DNA of 64,000 nt, taken from Heterodontus francisci. Taxonomy: Eukaryota. Below are positions 1-13,899 of the stretch, piece by piece. Made by a program: the position numbers and the translations under genes. The stretch covers positions 11,064,550 to 11,128,549 of the forward strand of contig NC_090404.1 in the NCBI RefSeq assembly GCF_036365525.1, given 5' to 3'. Below the pieces are notes generated by a model that saw nothing but the letters and a program-made list of their open reading frames with translations, was not told the DNA's origin and ran no database searches. Positions within the stretch are counted from its first letter, which is position 1. Each line of letters starts with the position of its first letter.

Positions 1-2587
1 ATCTACATGTAGATTGGTCGAACCAGCTCAGTCATGGTAGCCTTGAGGAGGAATTCGTTGAGTGTATCCGTGATAGTTTTCTTGAACAGTTTGTAATGGA
101 ACCGACGAGGAAGTAAGCTATCCTAGATCTAGTCCTGTGTAATGAGACAGGAATAATTAATGACCTCATAGTTAGGGATCCTCTTGGAAGGAGTGATCAC
201 AGTATGGTTGAATTTAGAATACAGATGGAGAGCGTGAAGATAAAATCCAATACCAGGGTCCTGTGCTTGAACAAGGGGGACTACAATAGAATGAGGGAGG
301 ACTTGGCTAAAGTGGGCTGGAAACAAAGATTTTATGGTGGGACAGTTGAGCAGTGGAGGACTTTCAAAGCAATTTTTCAAAGTGCTCAGCAAAAGTATAT
401 TCCAGTGAAAAGGAAGGACTGGAAGAAAAGGGGTAATCTGCCATGGGTGTCTAAGGAAATAAGGGAGGCTATCAAATTGAAAGAGAAGGCATACAAAGTG
501 GCCAAAAGCAGCATGAAACTAGAAGATTGGGAAAACTTTAAAGGTCAACAGAAAGCCACAAAAAGAGCAAGAAAGAAAAGTAAGATAGAACATGAGAAAA
601 AACTAGCACAGAATATAAAGACAGATAGCAAAAGTTTCTATAAATATATAAAACGAAAAAGAGTGGCTAAAGTAAACGTTGGTCCTTTAGAGGATGAGAA
701 GGGGAATTTAGTTATGGGATATGATGAAATGGCAGAGGCATTGAACAGGTATTTTGTATCGGTCTTCTCAGTGGAGGACATGAATAACATGCCAGTAATT
801 GACAAAGAGACGAACATAGGTGAGGAACTGGAAACAATCATTATTACGGAAGAGGTAGTGTTGGGCAAGCTAATGGAGCTAAGGATTGATAAGTCTCCTG
901 GCCCTGATGGAATGCATCCCAGGGTACTAAAAGAGATGGCGGGAGAAATAGCAGGTGCACTGACGGTAATTTTCCAAAATTCGCTTGACTCTGGGGTAGT
1001 CCCAGCTGATTGGAAAACAGCAGATGTGACGCCACTGTTTAAAAAGGGAGGTAGACAAAAGATGGGCAATTATAGAGCGGTTAGCTTAACCTCTGTAGTG
1101 GGGAAGATGTTTGAGTCTATTATCAAGGAAGAAATAGCAGGGCATCTCGATAGAAATTGTCCCGTTGGGCAGACGCAGCATAGGTTCATGAAGGGCAGGT
1201 CATGCTTGACAAATCTTTTGGAATTCTATGAAGACATTACGAGCAAGGTGGACAATGGGGACCCAGTGGATGTGGTGTACCTAGATTTCCAAAAGGCCTT
1301 CGACAAGGTGCCGCACAAGAGGCTGCTGCATAAGATAAGGATGCATGGCGTTAGGGGTAAAGTATTAGCTTGGATAGAGGATTGGTTATTTTTGTTTAGA
1401 GATACAGCACTGAAACAGGCCCTTCGGCCCACCGAGTCTGTGCCGACCATCAACCACCCGTTTACACTAATCCTACACTAATCCCATATTCCCATGTTAT
1501 CTAACAGGAAGCAGAGAATGGGGATAAATGAGTGATAATCTGGCTGGCAATCAGTCACTAGTGGTGTGCCTCAGGGATCGGTGTTGGGACCGCAATTATT
1601 TACAATTTATATAGATGATTTGGAGTTGGGGACCACGTGTAGGGTGTCAAAGTTTGCAGATGACACTAAGATGAGTGGCAGAGCAAAGTGTGCAGATGAC
1701 TGTGAAACTTTGCAGAGGAACATAGATACATTGAGTGAGTGGGCAAAGGTCTGGCAGATGGAATACAATGTTAATAAATGTGAAGTCATTCATTTCGGTA
1801 GGAGTAACAGTAAAAAGGATTATTACTTGAATGGTAAAAAGTTGCAGCATGCTGCTATGCAGAGGGACCTGGGTGTCCTTGTGCATGAATCTCAGAAGGT
1901 TGGTCTGCAGGTACAGCAAGTAATTAGGAAGGCAAATGGAATTTTGTCCTTCATTGCTAAAGGGATTGAGTTTAAAAGCAGGGAGGTTATGTTGCAGCTG
2001 TATAAGGTACTGGTGAGGCCGCACCTGGAGTACTGTGTGCAGTTTTGGTCTCCTTACTTGAGAAAGGATATACTGGCACTGGAGAGGGTGCAGAGGAGGT
2101 TCACTAGGTTGATTCCGGAGTTGAGGGGGTTGGCTTATGAGGAGAGACTGAGTAGATTGGGATTATATTCATTGGAGTTCAGAAGAATGAGGGGGGATCT
2201 TATAGAAACATATAAAATCATGAAGGGAATAGATAAGATACAAGTAGAGAGGATGTTTCCACTGGCAGGTGAAGCTAGGACAAGAGGGCATAGCCTCAAG
2301 ATTAGAGGGAGCAGATTTAGGACTGAATTAAGAAGGAACTTCTTCACCCAGAGGGTTGTTAATCTATGGAATTCCTTTCCCAGTGAAGTAGTTGACGCTT
2401 CTTCAGTAAACGTCTTTAAAGCTAAGGTAGATATCTTTTTGAACAATAAAGGAATTAAGGGATACGGTGAGAGCGCGGGTAAGTGGATCTGAGTCCACGA
2501 AAAGATCAGCCATGATCTTATTGAATGGCGGAGCAGGCTCGAGGGGCCGGACGGCCTACTCCTGCTCCTAGTTCTTATGATCTTATG
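1..2587 (+). mobile_element. CR1 LINE ORF2 (end of endonuclease, RT, 3' UTR), disrupted by stops and a SINE fragment
   Basis: ORFs 204-1481 (KSPGPDG, YLDFQKAFDKVPH) and 1566-2492 (PQGSVLGP, FADDTK, RPHLEYCVQFW); TCTTATGA repeat tail at about 2573-2588. Confidence 0.95.
1388..1494 (-). mobile_element. 3' fragment of HE1-like SINE inserted in the CR1 RT
   Basis: TTTAGAGATACAGCACTGAAACAGGCCCTTCGGCCCACC matches the ends of the longer SINE copies at 53.0 and 63.2 kb. Confidence 0.8.
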
Positions 2588-3026
2588 ACACACCAACGTA
2601 CTCACACTGGGGAGAGGCCGTTCATCTGTTCCATCTGTGGAAAGGGATTCACTCTCATCCAACCTACAGAAACACCAGATAATTCACTGGGAGAGGCCGT
2701 TCACCTTCTCCATCTGTGGGAAGGGATTCACTCAATCATCCAGTCTGGTGGAACACCAGCGAATTCACAGTGGGGAGAGACCATTCACCTGCTTTGTGTG
2801 TCTGAAGGGATTCACCCATTCATCACACCTGCTGACACACCGACAAATTCACACTGGGGAGAGGCTGTTCTGATGCTCTCTGTGTGAGAAGAGATTTACT
2901 CTCAAATCCAGCCGAGTAGCACACCAGCGACTACACACTGGGGAGAGGCCATTCATCTGCTCCATGTGTAGGAAGGTATTCACTTGTTCATCCAACCTGG
3001 TGACTCACCAGCAAGTTCACAAGTGA
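2588..3026 (+). pseudogene. C2H2 zinc-finger exon remnant, truncated by the CR1 insertion and frameshifted
   Basis: HTGERPF-CxxC-GKGF repeats in shifting frames; stop 3024-3026; AATAAA near 3166. Confidence 0.9.
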
Positions 3027-3689
3027 CTGCAGGGATTGGATTCTGCTGTTAATGATGATAATCACATCCAGGACTGAAGCATGTTCATTCTGACAGTTGG
3101 TGTTTTTTTCTGCTGATAAACTCCAGCCCAGTTATTGGGGTTATTAATATTCGGGATAAATGTGAAATAAATCAGCATTGTTTCAAACACATTGTTTTCG
3201 ATTTTTGTCTTTCCCAACTGAGTGTTTAACATCACCTGGCTGGAGCTCAAAGAACAATCTGGGAGGAGGATCATACGGCAGGAACAGTACGTCAGCCTGG
3301 ACACAATCTTTCAGGGTCACACTGAGAGGGACAAAAGGCACTTTGGCCTTTCTCCTCTCTCTTCACTGACAGCAAAGTCCCCGTGTGGATTAATCCTGAG
3401 GTGTGTAAGAAATGTGTCCCAGTCACACTCTTCCATGATTCAGAGCTCCTGGGCAGGGAACAGAGTCTCCTTTACAACTGTGTTTAGAGTCAGGAAGAAC
3501 AACAGTGAATGCTGGAAACGTGCTGTCAAATCAGAGATTGGTGTAAAACTGTGATCTGTTCCTGACTGAAAGTGAAATGGCAGGTTTCTGTTTCCAGTCT
3601 GAAAATGAACACGGAAGTGATTGAAGATTTAACATGTTTATGTGACAGTTAGCCGTTCTAAGGCAGGTGTTAACTCATTTAAAATAAAT

Positions 3690-4025
3690 GAAAGCAAAAT
3701 ACTGCGGATGCTGGAAATCTGAAATAAGAACGGAAAGTGTTGGAATCCTCAGCAGGTCTGGCAGCATCTCTAGACAGAGAGAGACAGTTAATATTTCAGG
3801 TCAGTGACCTTTCATCAGAACCGGGAAAAGTTAGAGAGGTAACAAATACAGAGGCAGGGTAACGGGAGAGGAGGAGAGAACAAAAGGGAAGGTCAGTGAT
3901 CGGGTGGAAGGCAGGAGAGATGAAATAACAAAAGGGAGGAAGGTGCAAGGCAGAAAGAGATGGTAATGGGACAAGTGAAGAAACAAAAGATGGGCCTGGA
4001 GGAGGTGTAAATGGCAGCAGCAGCT
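3690..4025 (-). mobile_element. Penelope-like element 3'/pLTR fragment
   Basis: AAAGCAAAATACTGCGGATGCTGGAAATCTGAAA terminus shared with GIY-YIG-bearing copies at 28.2 and 32.1 kb. Confidence 0.75.
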
Positions 4026-4930
4026 GCAGTCTGAAAAACGGGGAGCTGTGGTTCTGATCTGAAATTGTTGATCTCAATGAGTCTAGAAGAGAAGATCATT
4101 GACTCATTTCTTTTGTCACTCTGCGGGTTTCTCACCATTTTCTCTCCTCCTCTCCTGAAGACACTGACTCACATTGGGGCTGTGGCTCCACAGGCTCCAC
4201 TCGAGCTCCAGGACCAGTGAAGTGGCCACTCTTACCCTGTGAGCGGGGACAGTGAGTGTTGACAGGATGTTTAGGAACAGGAGGAGACCATTCAGGTCCC
4301 CGGGTCTGCATCTCCATTCAATTAGATCAGGGCTGATCTACACCTCAGCTCCATTTACCCAACCTTAGCTTCATATCCCTTAATACCCTTACCTAACAAG
4401 AATCCATCCATCTGAGTCTGGAAATCTCCAGTTGATCCCCAGTATCTGCAGCTTTTCAGGGAGAGAGTTCCAGATTTCTGCTCTTCTGAGAGAAACTGCT
4501 TCCTGATTCTGTTACTGAATGGCCGAGTCCCCTTCTTCATTCTCCCACAGAGACAATAGTTCCTCCCTATCTACCCCAACACAGAATCATCAGAACAAGA
4601 GCAGGCCATTTAGCTCCTCGAGCCTGTTCCGCCATTCAATGAGATCAAGGCTAATCTGTGACCTTACTCTATATACCCGCCTTTGTCCCACCAAAATACA
4701 TTTGGTTCACATAAATCTATCAATCTCATTGATTTGATTCTCACTCTGCACACGGGCTGGAAAACTGAACCCAGCCAGAGTGGAGGGAGGGAGAAAACTG
4801 GCAGTGGAGGAAAGAGATGGAGCAGATGGTGCAATGGGCTTAGACTTCCAGCAAATTCAAAACGAGAGAAATGTTTGTTCTGAATTTCTATCCTGACTGA
4901 AAGTGATGGCTTTTGTAAACTCATTTTACA

Positions 4931-5540
4931 GGGGTTTAGAAGGTGAGGATTTACAAATGGGGAAACTCAAACCAAGGGATCTATTTGTCTGCTCTACCTG
5001 TGGGAAAAGATTTCAAACAGCAGTGTGACTGGAAAAGCACAGAGACACACACATCTGAGTGAGAGTGTTGCAGTGAACTAACCCTGGAGGGGGATTCACC
5101 CAGTTACACAAGCTGAAAAAACACCATTCGTATCGAGGAGAGATTGTACACGTGTGTGTGGCTGAGGCTTCAACTGACCATCCAACTTCGAGAGACACAA
5201 GGACACCTCGGAGAAACCGTGGGAATGGGGGGGACTGTGGTAAGAGATTCAATTCCGCATCCAAGTCGGAAACTCATCCGCAGTCACGCTGGGGAGAGGC
5301 TGTTCACCTGCTCCATGTGTGGGAAGGGATTCACTCAGTCACAGCAGCTGTTGAAATATTGGCAAATTCACACTGGGGAGAGACCTGCTCTGTATGTAGG
5401 AAAGAATTCACTGTCACAACTGCTGTTGAGACATTGGCAAATTCACACTGGGAGGAGGCAGTTCACTTGCTCCATGTGTGGGAAAGGATTCACCTAGTCA
5501 CAACACATGTTGAAACACCAGAGAGTTCACATGTGATGAT
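4931..5540 (+). pseudogene. C2H2 zinc-finger pseudogene exon
   Basis: Acceptor TTTTACAG at about 4930; degenerate fingers ([17 protein letters not shown]) with frameshifts/stops; upstream and 3' UTR similar to the minus-strand ZNF at 10.8-11.8 kb. Confidence 0.88.
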
Positions 5541-6310
5541 AGAGGTTGGATTCTGCTGTTAATCACATCCTTTGTTTCAGATGTTAATAACCCCTTATAA
5601 CTGGGCTGGTGTTTAATACTCTGGATCTCTGTCAAATAAATCAGTTTTGGTGGAAACACAGCATGTTGTATTCTTGGAGAAATTAAGAGGAGACTAATTG
5701 ATGGCCTGTTAGTGACTGATCCATTTATCTGCCTTTTCTCCTTTCTGACTCTACATTATTTTAGTTACTTGGTTACTCTCATGGACAAGTTCCAGCTCCT
5801 CATACCTTCCAGAGTGCCTCTCCCAGGCTTGGTATCCTGGGAAGGTATTGGTAACACGCCCAGGATCAGTGAACACAAATCCCAGTCTGTTAATCACTTT
5901 CAGCTAGGACTTAGCCTGTGTCCCACAACATCTCCCTCACCTTAAATGTGTCAATAGAGCATCACACCTGCAAACCTGGTTTAAATGTGAATCCACTCAG
6001 GAAATATATTTAACAGGAGCCTGCAGGCTGAGGAGACTCAGTTAAGCTGCCAGTGTGCTGCTGTACTGCTCTGTATTTTGCCTGCAATGGAGAATAACTG
6101 AACCTTTGTCCCAGTGTAACCTTTGCTGTTCTGAAATGTGGGTGTAGATTAATGAGCCTCACATCCTTGCTCATGTCTTCGGCAATTGCGTAGAAAGGGG
6201 ATGTGTAAAGAGATGGTCTTTGTGAACAGATGTGAAACAAGGAAACGGGATCTCTGTGTGATAGTGACACAGCCTTGTGCTCACAGTCAAAGCAACGCAC
6301 AGATATCCTT

Positions 6311-6460
6311 TTTTTTTTCTTTGACCCCGCTTTTTTTTTGATGGGGACAGTGTTGAGGGAACTTTACTCTGTATCTAACCCTGTTTTTTTTTTTTTCTTT
6401 TTTAAGGTGGCCTTTATACCCCAGGCCCCTTTTATATTTTTCATGTCGAGGGGGCCTTTA
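6311..6460 (-). mobile_element. Tx1 3' end plus 69-bp target-repeat fragment and multiple poly(A) runs
   Basis: Matches the Tx1 3' UTR at 46272-46330; flanked by GCACAGATATCCTT (6297-6310) and GCACAGATGTCCTT (6461-6474). Confidence 0.85.
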
Positions 6461-6879
6461 GCACAGATGTCCTTGTGGTTATGATTTGAGCAGGGCCAGA
6501 ACACAAATGTAGCCGCAGTTTGTTGATCAGACCTGGGGAGAAGAGAGCTCTGAATTCACTGTATTATCTGTTCTCCGGATTGGGTAACTATACTCTGTCT
6601 GTATCATTGCAGTGCTGTTAATAAAGTCAGTAAAAGACAATGTTGTTGTGGAGCTTGATTATCTGGTGTCTGAAATCAAAAGATTCAATATTTAGAGTCA
6701 ACAAGATGAACAAGGAAACACATCACAGCCCAATACTCCAGCTCGATATTCACAGAGGAAAATCTGTTATCCAACACCTCGAGTGGACAGAATAGAGAAA
6801 GATCCCAAACGTAAGAAACCATCAAATCATTTGTAAATATCTTTCAAATGCTGACAGGTTCCAACTGTCAGTTTCCATT

Positions 6880-9555
6880 AGAGTCAAAAGAGTCATTCAG
6901 CACAGATACAGGCCCTTTGGCCCATCGGGGCTGTGCCGGCCATCAAACACCTAACTATTCTAGTCCCATTTTCCAGCACTTGGCCCGTAGCCTTGTGTGC
7001 TATGGTGTTTCAAGTGCGCATCTAAATACTTGTTAAATGTTGTGAGGGTTCCTGCCTCTACCACCACTTCAGGCAGTGTATTCTAGATTCCAACCACTCT
7101 CTGGGTGAAAACATTTTTCCTCAGATCCCCCCAAAACCTCCTGCCCCTTACCTTAAATCTATGCCCCCTGGTTATTGACTCCTCTGCTAAGGGAAAAAGT
7201 CTCTTCCTATCTATTCTATCAATGCCCCTCATAATTTTGTATGTCGCAATCATGACCCCCCTCATCCTTCTCTGTTGTAAGGAAAACAACCCTAGCCTTT
7301 TCATTCTCTCTTCATAGTTGAAATTCTCCAGTCTAGGCAACATCCTGGTGAATCTCCTCTGCACCCTCTCCAGTGCAATCACATCCTTCCTACAGTGTGG
7401 TGCCCAGAACTGCACACACTACTCCAGCTGTGGCCTAACTAGCATTGTATACAGCTCCATCATAACCTCCCTGCTCTTATATTCTACGCCTCAGCTAATA
7501 AAGGCAAGTATCTCATATGCCTTCCTAACCATCTTATCTACCTGTGCTGCTGCCTTCAGTGATCTATGGACAAGTACACCAAGGTCCCTCTGACCTAGGG
7601 TCCGACCATCCATTGTATATTCCCTTGCCTTGTTAGTCCTCCCAAAATGCATCACCTCACACGTCTCAGGATTAAATTCAATTTGCCACAGCTCCACCCA
7701 TCTTACCAGCCCATCTATATCGTCCTGTAATCTAAGGCTTTCCTCCTCACTATTTACAACACCATCAATTTTCGTGTCATCTGCGAACTTACTTATCATA
7801 CCTCCTGTATTCATGTCTAAATCATTAATGTACACAACAAACAGCAAGGGTCCCAGCACCAATCCCTGTGGTACACCACTGGTCACAGGCTTCCACTCGC
7901 AAAAACAACCCTTGACCATCACCCTCTGCCTCCTGCTACCAAGCCAATTTTGGATCCAATTTGCCAAATTGCCCTGGATCCCATGGGCTCTTACCTTCTT
8001 AACCAACCTCCCATGCAGGACCTTATCAAAAGCCTTACTGAAGTCCATGTAGACTACATCAACTGCTTTACCCTCATCTACACATATAGTCACTTCCTCG
8101 AAAAATTCAATCAAGTTAGTTAGACATGATCTCCCCCTGACAAGGCCGTGCTGACTATCCCTGATTATTCCTTGCCTCTCCAAGTGGAGATTAATCCTGT
8201 CCCTCAGAATTTTTTCCAATAGTTTCCCAACCACTGATGTTAGACTCACTGGCCTGCAATTACCTGGTTTATCCCTGCTACCCTTCTTGAATAATGTTAC
8301 CACATTCGCTGTTCTCCAGTCCTCTGGCACCTCTCCCGTGGCCAGAGAGGATCTAAAAATTTGTGTCAGAGTCCCTGCTATCTCCTCCCTTGCCTCACAT
8401 AACAGCCTGGGATACATCTCATCTGGGCCTGCGGATTTATCCACTTTTAAGTCTGCTAAAACATCTAATACTTCCTCCCTTTCAATGTTAATATGTTCAA
8501 GTCTATCGCAATCCCCCTCCCTGATCTCTACACCTACATCGTCATTCTCCACAGTGAAAACAGATGAAAAGCAATCATTTAAAACCTCACCTAAGTCCTC
8601 CTGTGCCACACATAGATTGCCACTTTGGTCCCTAATGGGCCCTACTCTTTCCCTGGTTATCCTCTTGCCCTTAATATACTTATAAACGTCTTAGGATTTT
8701 CCTTTATATTGACCGCCAATGTTTTTTTCATTTCCCCTCTTCGCTCTCCTAATTACTTTTTAAAGTACCCCCTTACACTTTCTATACTCCTCTAATGCCT
8801 CCACTGTTTTCAGTGCTCCGAATCTGCCATAAGCCTCCTTTTTTTTCCTGATCCAATACTCTATATTCCTTGACATCCAGGGTTCCCTGGACTTGATGGT
8901 CCTACCCTTCACCTTAACAGGTACATGTTGGCTCTGAACCCTTACTATTTCCTCTTTGAATGACTCCCACTGGCCTGAAGTAGACTTTCCTACAAGTAGC
9001 TGCTCCCAGTCCCCTTTGGCCAGATCCTGTTTTATCAAATTGAAATCGGCCTCCCCCCAATTCAGTACCTTTATTTCTGCCCTGTCTTAGTCCTTTTCCA
9101 TAACTACCTTAAATCTTACAGAGTTATGGTCACTATGCCCGAAATGCTCCCCCACTGATACTTCTACCACTTGTCCAGCTTCGTTCCCTCGGATTAGGTC
9201 CAGTACTGCCCCTTCTCTTGTAGGACCTTCTACGTACTGGCTCAAAAAGCTCTCCTGTATGCATTTTAAGAATTCCTCCCGCTTTGAGCCTTTTGCACTC
9301 AGACTATCCCAGTTGATATTAGGTAAATTGAAATCCCCTACTATGATTACCCTATTATTTTTACACCTCTCTGAGATTTGCCTACATATCTGTTCCTCTG
9401 TCTCTCCCTGACTGTTTGGAGGCCTGTAGTACACTCCCAGCCAAGTGATTGCCCCCCTTTTGTTCTTAAGTTCTACCCATATGGCCTCATTTGAGGAACC
9501 TTCTAAGATATCATCCCTCCTTACTGCAGTAATTGACTCCTTGATCAACAGTGCA
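6880..9555 (-). mobile_element. CR1 LINE, 5'-truncated, decayed ORF2
   Basis: ORFs 9087-9680 (APE: GDFN, SDH), 7491-8609 (RT: FADD), 7083-7415. Confidence 0.95.
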
Positions 9556-9574
9556 GTTACATTGAAGTCAATGG

Positions 9575-9875
9575 ACGATGAGAGAGTGGTTATGCTAAAA
9601 CAAACAGGGGGCAGAGATTTCAGGATGAGAGGGGATTGAGGAATTTTTTCACCCAGAGGGTGTTGGGTTCTGGAACTCACTGCCTAGAAGGGTGGGAGAG
9701 GCAGAAATCCTCATCACATTAAAAAAAATACATGGATATGCACTTGAGGTGCGGTAACTTACAGGGCTATGGACAAAGAGCTGGAAAGTGGGATTGGGCT
9801 GAATAATGTTTTCGGCTGACACAGCATGATAGGCTGAATGGCCTCCTTCTGTGTTGTAAATTTCCAGAATTCTGT
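9575..9875 (+). mobile_element. CR1 3' fragment
   Basis: TTTTTCACCCAGAGGGTG...GGCTGAATGGCCTCCTTCTGTG CR1 tail motifs. Confidence 0.75.
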
Positions 9876-10227
9876 GCTGACAAATGGTCCTTGTATTTTA
9901 TCCAAGACAGGCCTCAGCCCCATCATTTGCTCCAAATGTTGATGTGATGTTTCAAGCTAAGAGATGCCAGGTATCAGGAGCAGCAGGAGCAGTGAATAAA
10001 ATCTAAATGTCAGTAAGTACCGATATAGTTTATCTGCATCTAGTTCTATTTTAATAACTAATGCTGAATGTGGCCCTCATCCAGTGCCAGGATATTGGCT
10101 CAGACCCACCATAGAAAATGAGTTTGACACCCCTGAGATAGACAATGTCAACCGGATTCCCCTCATCCACCAACACAGCCACTTCTTCACAAAACACAAA
10201 CAATGTGGCCCTCACCCAGTGTTAAAA

Positions 10228-10435
10228 CAGCCTGGGGAATAAAGGCTCCCTCGACAAAATAAAAAGGGTCTGGGGTAAAAAGGCCACCTTAAAAAAAAAG
10301 GGGTTAGATACAGAGTAAAGGTCCCTCTACACTGTCCCATCAAACACTCCCAGGGCAGGTACAGCAAGGGTTAGATACAAAGAACATAAAAAATAGGAGC
10401 TGGACTTGGCCATCTGGGGTAAAGCTCCCTCTAAA
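10228..10435 (+). mobile_element. Tx1 3' end followed by 69-bp target repeat
   Basis: CCTGGGGAATAAAGGC...AAGGCCACCTT-polyA-GGGGTTAGATACAGAGTAAAG. Confidence 0.8.
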
Positions 10436-10767
10436 CTTCATTGGCTGTAAAGTGTTTTGTGATGTCCTGATGTCATGAAAGGAGCTACAAAAATACAAGT
10501 CTTTCTTTAACAGAGGAGAAAAGGCCCAAAAATGGAACAGTTAACAGCAGCATTTCAATTAGTCTCCTCTTTTCATGGAACAAATATTCCACACACTGTG
10601 TGTTGGAAATAAAGCTGATTTATTTGATATTTATCCAGAATTTAAACTCCAGCCCAGTTATAGAGGTTATTAATATCAGTAGAAACAAACACCAACTGTC
10701 AGAATAAACATGGTTCAGTCTGGATGTGATTAACAGCAGCAATAACAGCAGAATTCAATCCCTGCAG

Positions 10768-11783
10768 TCACTTGTGAACTCGCTGGTATCTCAGCAGGGT
10801 GGATGAATTGTTGAATCCCTTCCCACACATGGAGCAGGTGAATGGCCTTTCTCCACAGTGAGTGTGTTGGTGTCTCAGTAGATAATATCAGCTTTTAAAG
10901 CTCCCCTCAGTCAGAACATTTAAAAGTTCTTTGATCAGTGTGAACTAGTTGGTGTTTCAGCAGGTTGGATGGATAAATGAATCCCTTCCCACAGTCAGAG
11001 CAGGTGAATGGCCTCTCCCCAGTGTGAGTGCGTTGGTGTTTCAGCAGATTATTTTTACTTTTAAAGCTTTTCTCACAGTCACAACATTTAAAAGGTCTCT
11101 GATCAGTGTGAACTTGCTGGTGTGTTAGCAGGGTGGATAACTGAGTGAATCCATTCCCACATACAGTGCAGGTGAACGGCCTCTCCCCAGTGTGAACTCG
11201 CTGGTATGTCAGTTGATCATTTTTTCTTTTAAATCTCTTCTTACAGTCAGAACATTTAAAAGGTCTCTGATTGGAGTGAATAAGTTCATGTCTCGTAAGG
11301 TAGGAAGATCGAGTGAATCCTATCCCACACACACAGCATGTGAATGGCCTCTCCCCAGTGTGACTACGGCAATGTATTTCCAGCTGGGATGGGTAACTGA
11401 ATCTCTTCCCACAGTCTCCACATTTGCAGGGTTTCTCCATGGTGGCAGTGTCCTTTTGTCTCTCCAGCTTGGAAGCTCACTTAAAGCCTTGTCTACACAC
11501 AGATCAGGTGTACAGTTTCTCCTTGTCGTGAATGGTGCGATGTTTTTTCAGGCTGTGTAACTGGTTAAAGCTCTTTCCACAGTCAGTGCACTGGAACACT
11601 CTCACTCGGGTGTGTGTGTGTCTCGGTGCTTTTCCAGTCACATTGATGTTTGAAATCTTTTCCCACAGAAAGAACAGACAAACATTTGATATTCAGGTCC
11701 TGATGAATTGTGTGACTCTGTCAGAGTTTGATGTCCTGCTTGGTTTGTGTTTCCTGTCTTTAAATCCTCCCCTTCTAATCCCC
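10768..11783 (-). pseudogene. C2H2 zinc-finger exon; 177-aa open segment (10907-11440) with 6 fingers (one with His->Tyr), decayed fingers on both sides
   Basis: ORF track; acceptor TTTTAACAG at about 11784; upstream stop and downstream frameshift at about 10910; could still encode a short ZNF. Confidence 0.85.
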
Positions 11784-12164
11784 TGTTAAAAGAGTTTACA
11801 AAAGCCATCACTGTCAGTCCAGGATAGAAATTCACAACATTCTCTCCTGCTGCTTCCTGGCCCAGGATGGCCGTGCAGGCACCCTACTGCACATTGCCCT
11901 CCATAAAGATGGCAGCTGTTAACCCAGGCCTGTCACTGGGAGAAGCCCCACAGCTGCCACCCTGCTCGGTGGAAACATGGGACCAGTAGCTTCTTATTCT
12001 GGGTTTGAAACCTACACTGGATATTTTAAATCAGATCATGTTCCCTGTTTTATATTGGGGGCCGGGGCTGCACTTGGTGTGTGTGAAGTCTGCGTTGCCT
12101 CCAGGTTTATGAACCCACTGCCCCAGCTTCTTCTTTTGTGTTCCAATAAAATTCCCACACTTTT

Positions 12165-12755
12165 GCAATCATCCCAGAAGCACGATAGGGTTCATCTTGT
12201 CCTCAACTTCCACATCATCCTCCATCATTTCCCCCACTTCCATTGTGATGCCACCACCAAACACATCGTCCCCTCCCCTTTCAGCATTCTGGTGGGACCA
12301 CTTCCTCTGCAACACCATGGTCCCAACCTCTATCACATCTAACACACCCTCCCCTTCCCATCCAAGCACAGGAGATATAACACCAGCCCTTTTAACTCCT
12401 CTCTTCTCAGTGTCCAAGGTTCCAAACACCCCCTGAAGGTGCAACAGCAATTTACTTGTATTTCTTTCAATTTAGCATATTGTATTCACTGCTCACAATG
12501 CGGGCTCCTCTACATCGGGGAGACCAAATGCAGAGTAGGTGACCCCTTTGTGGAACACCTCCTTTCAGCTCACAAGCATAACCCTGAGCTTCTGGCCACC
12601 TGTCATCTGAATTCTCTATTCCACTCCCTCTCTGTCCTCAGCCTCCTTACACTGTTCTAACGAAACTCAACAAAAGGTCAAGGAACAGCAGCTCATCTTT
12701 CAATTTGGCACTTCAGTCTTCTGGACTCAACACTTGAGTTCAACAAGTTCAGATC
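12165..12755 (+). mobile_element. Penelope-like element fragment (GIY-YIG endonuclease)
   Basis: AYCIHCSQCGLLYIGETKCRVGD in ORF 12439-12660. Confidence 0.88.
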
Positions 12756-13159
12756 ATTTCTGTTATAATTCAGTGGGATGCACTTACCAGCATCTTCAGG
12801 ATAGATGGTGAGAAACCCACTGTGTGCAGAATGAGAATAAAGTCAATTTCTGCAAATCATCCTCACCTGTAAAAGGAGTTTACACGTCATCACTGTAAGT
12901 ACAAGATAGAAACTCAGAACAGACAATTCTCGCCTCTAGGGAACATTTTTCCTTCTCTTGTTCCCTCAAAGCTGTAAATCCCCGTCCCACATACTCTCCC
13001 TCGTCCCTGTGCTGAAATCCAAACCCATCGCACCTTCTCTTTCCTCCACTGCCTGTTTTTTCTCTCCCTCTACTGTGGCTGGTGAATTCTCCTGCCCCTG
13101 TGTGCAGAGAGAGAATCAAATCAACGAGTCAATGATTTTCTCTCCTGGTCACTGGGACC

Positions 13160-13300
13160 CTGAAGCCCCGCCCACTCCCTGTGTCGTCACCAAGATGGCC
13201 ACGCAAGCGCTCTACACCGGACTCAGCCAAGATGGCGGCCGTTAATCTGGTGTTGTTCACGGGAAAAAGTCCCGGAGCTGCAAACGCGAGATCTATAGGT
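13160..13300. promoter_or_regulatory. CpG-rich promoter-like region upstream of the minus-strand ZNF
   Basis: GC box CCCCGCCC, two YY1-type AAGATGGC motifs, local CpG enrichment. Confidence 0.55.
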
Positions 13301-13899
13301 TCTTATTCGGGGCTTGCGGCCTATACCAGGTGTTTCTGAAGGCTTCCCGCCCACTCGGCGGCTCTATTCCTCCCCTGTAACGCGCCGACTCCCACCGGTT
13401 GCAAAAGCGTATCCAGCACCCGCGCTGCTCTGATCAAAGTGACACTACGCATGCTCCAGATTACAGTCCAACACTGCGTCTGCGTGCTGCACTCCTGTGG
13501 AGTGAATAGGGCATATTTCATTCCGCAGAGAATGCTGGGTAGAAGGCCCGCCATTGAAAGAGCTGATTAGGGAATAGGGAATGACTTTTTTGTAAAAATA
13601 GAGTTGCTTTAACAAACTATTCATACAAAAACCCAGGTGCTTGGGCGCTTTTCGATAATTGAGTCCTGCATGTAATTAATAACAGCTTTGGATATACTTG
13701 CCTAAGAGGGAGTGCAACGTAGGTGCACTAGACTGATTCTATGATTGCTCCATGAGGAGAAATTGGCTAGACTAGGCCTCTATTCGCTAGAATTTAGAAG
13801 AATTCGTGGTGATCTGATTGAAACATATCAAATTCTTAAGAGGCTTGGCAGAGTAGATCCTGGAAAGATGTTTCCCTGGCTGGGGAGCGTAGAACGAGA

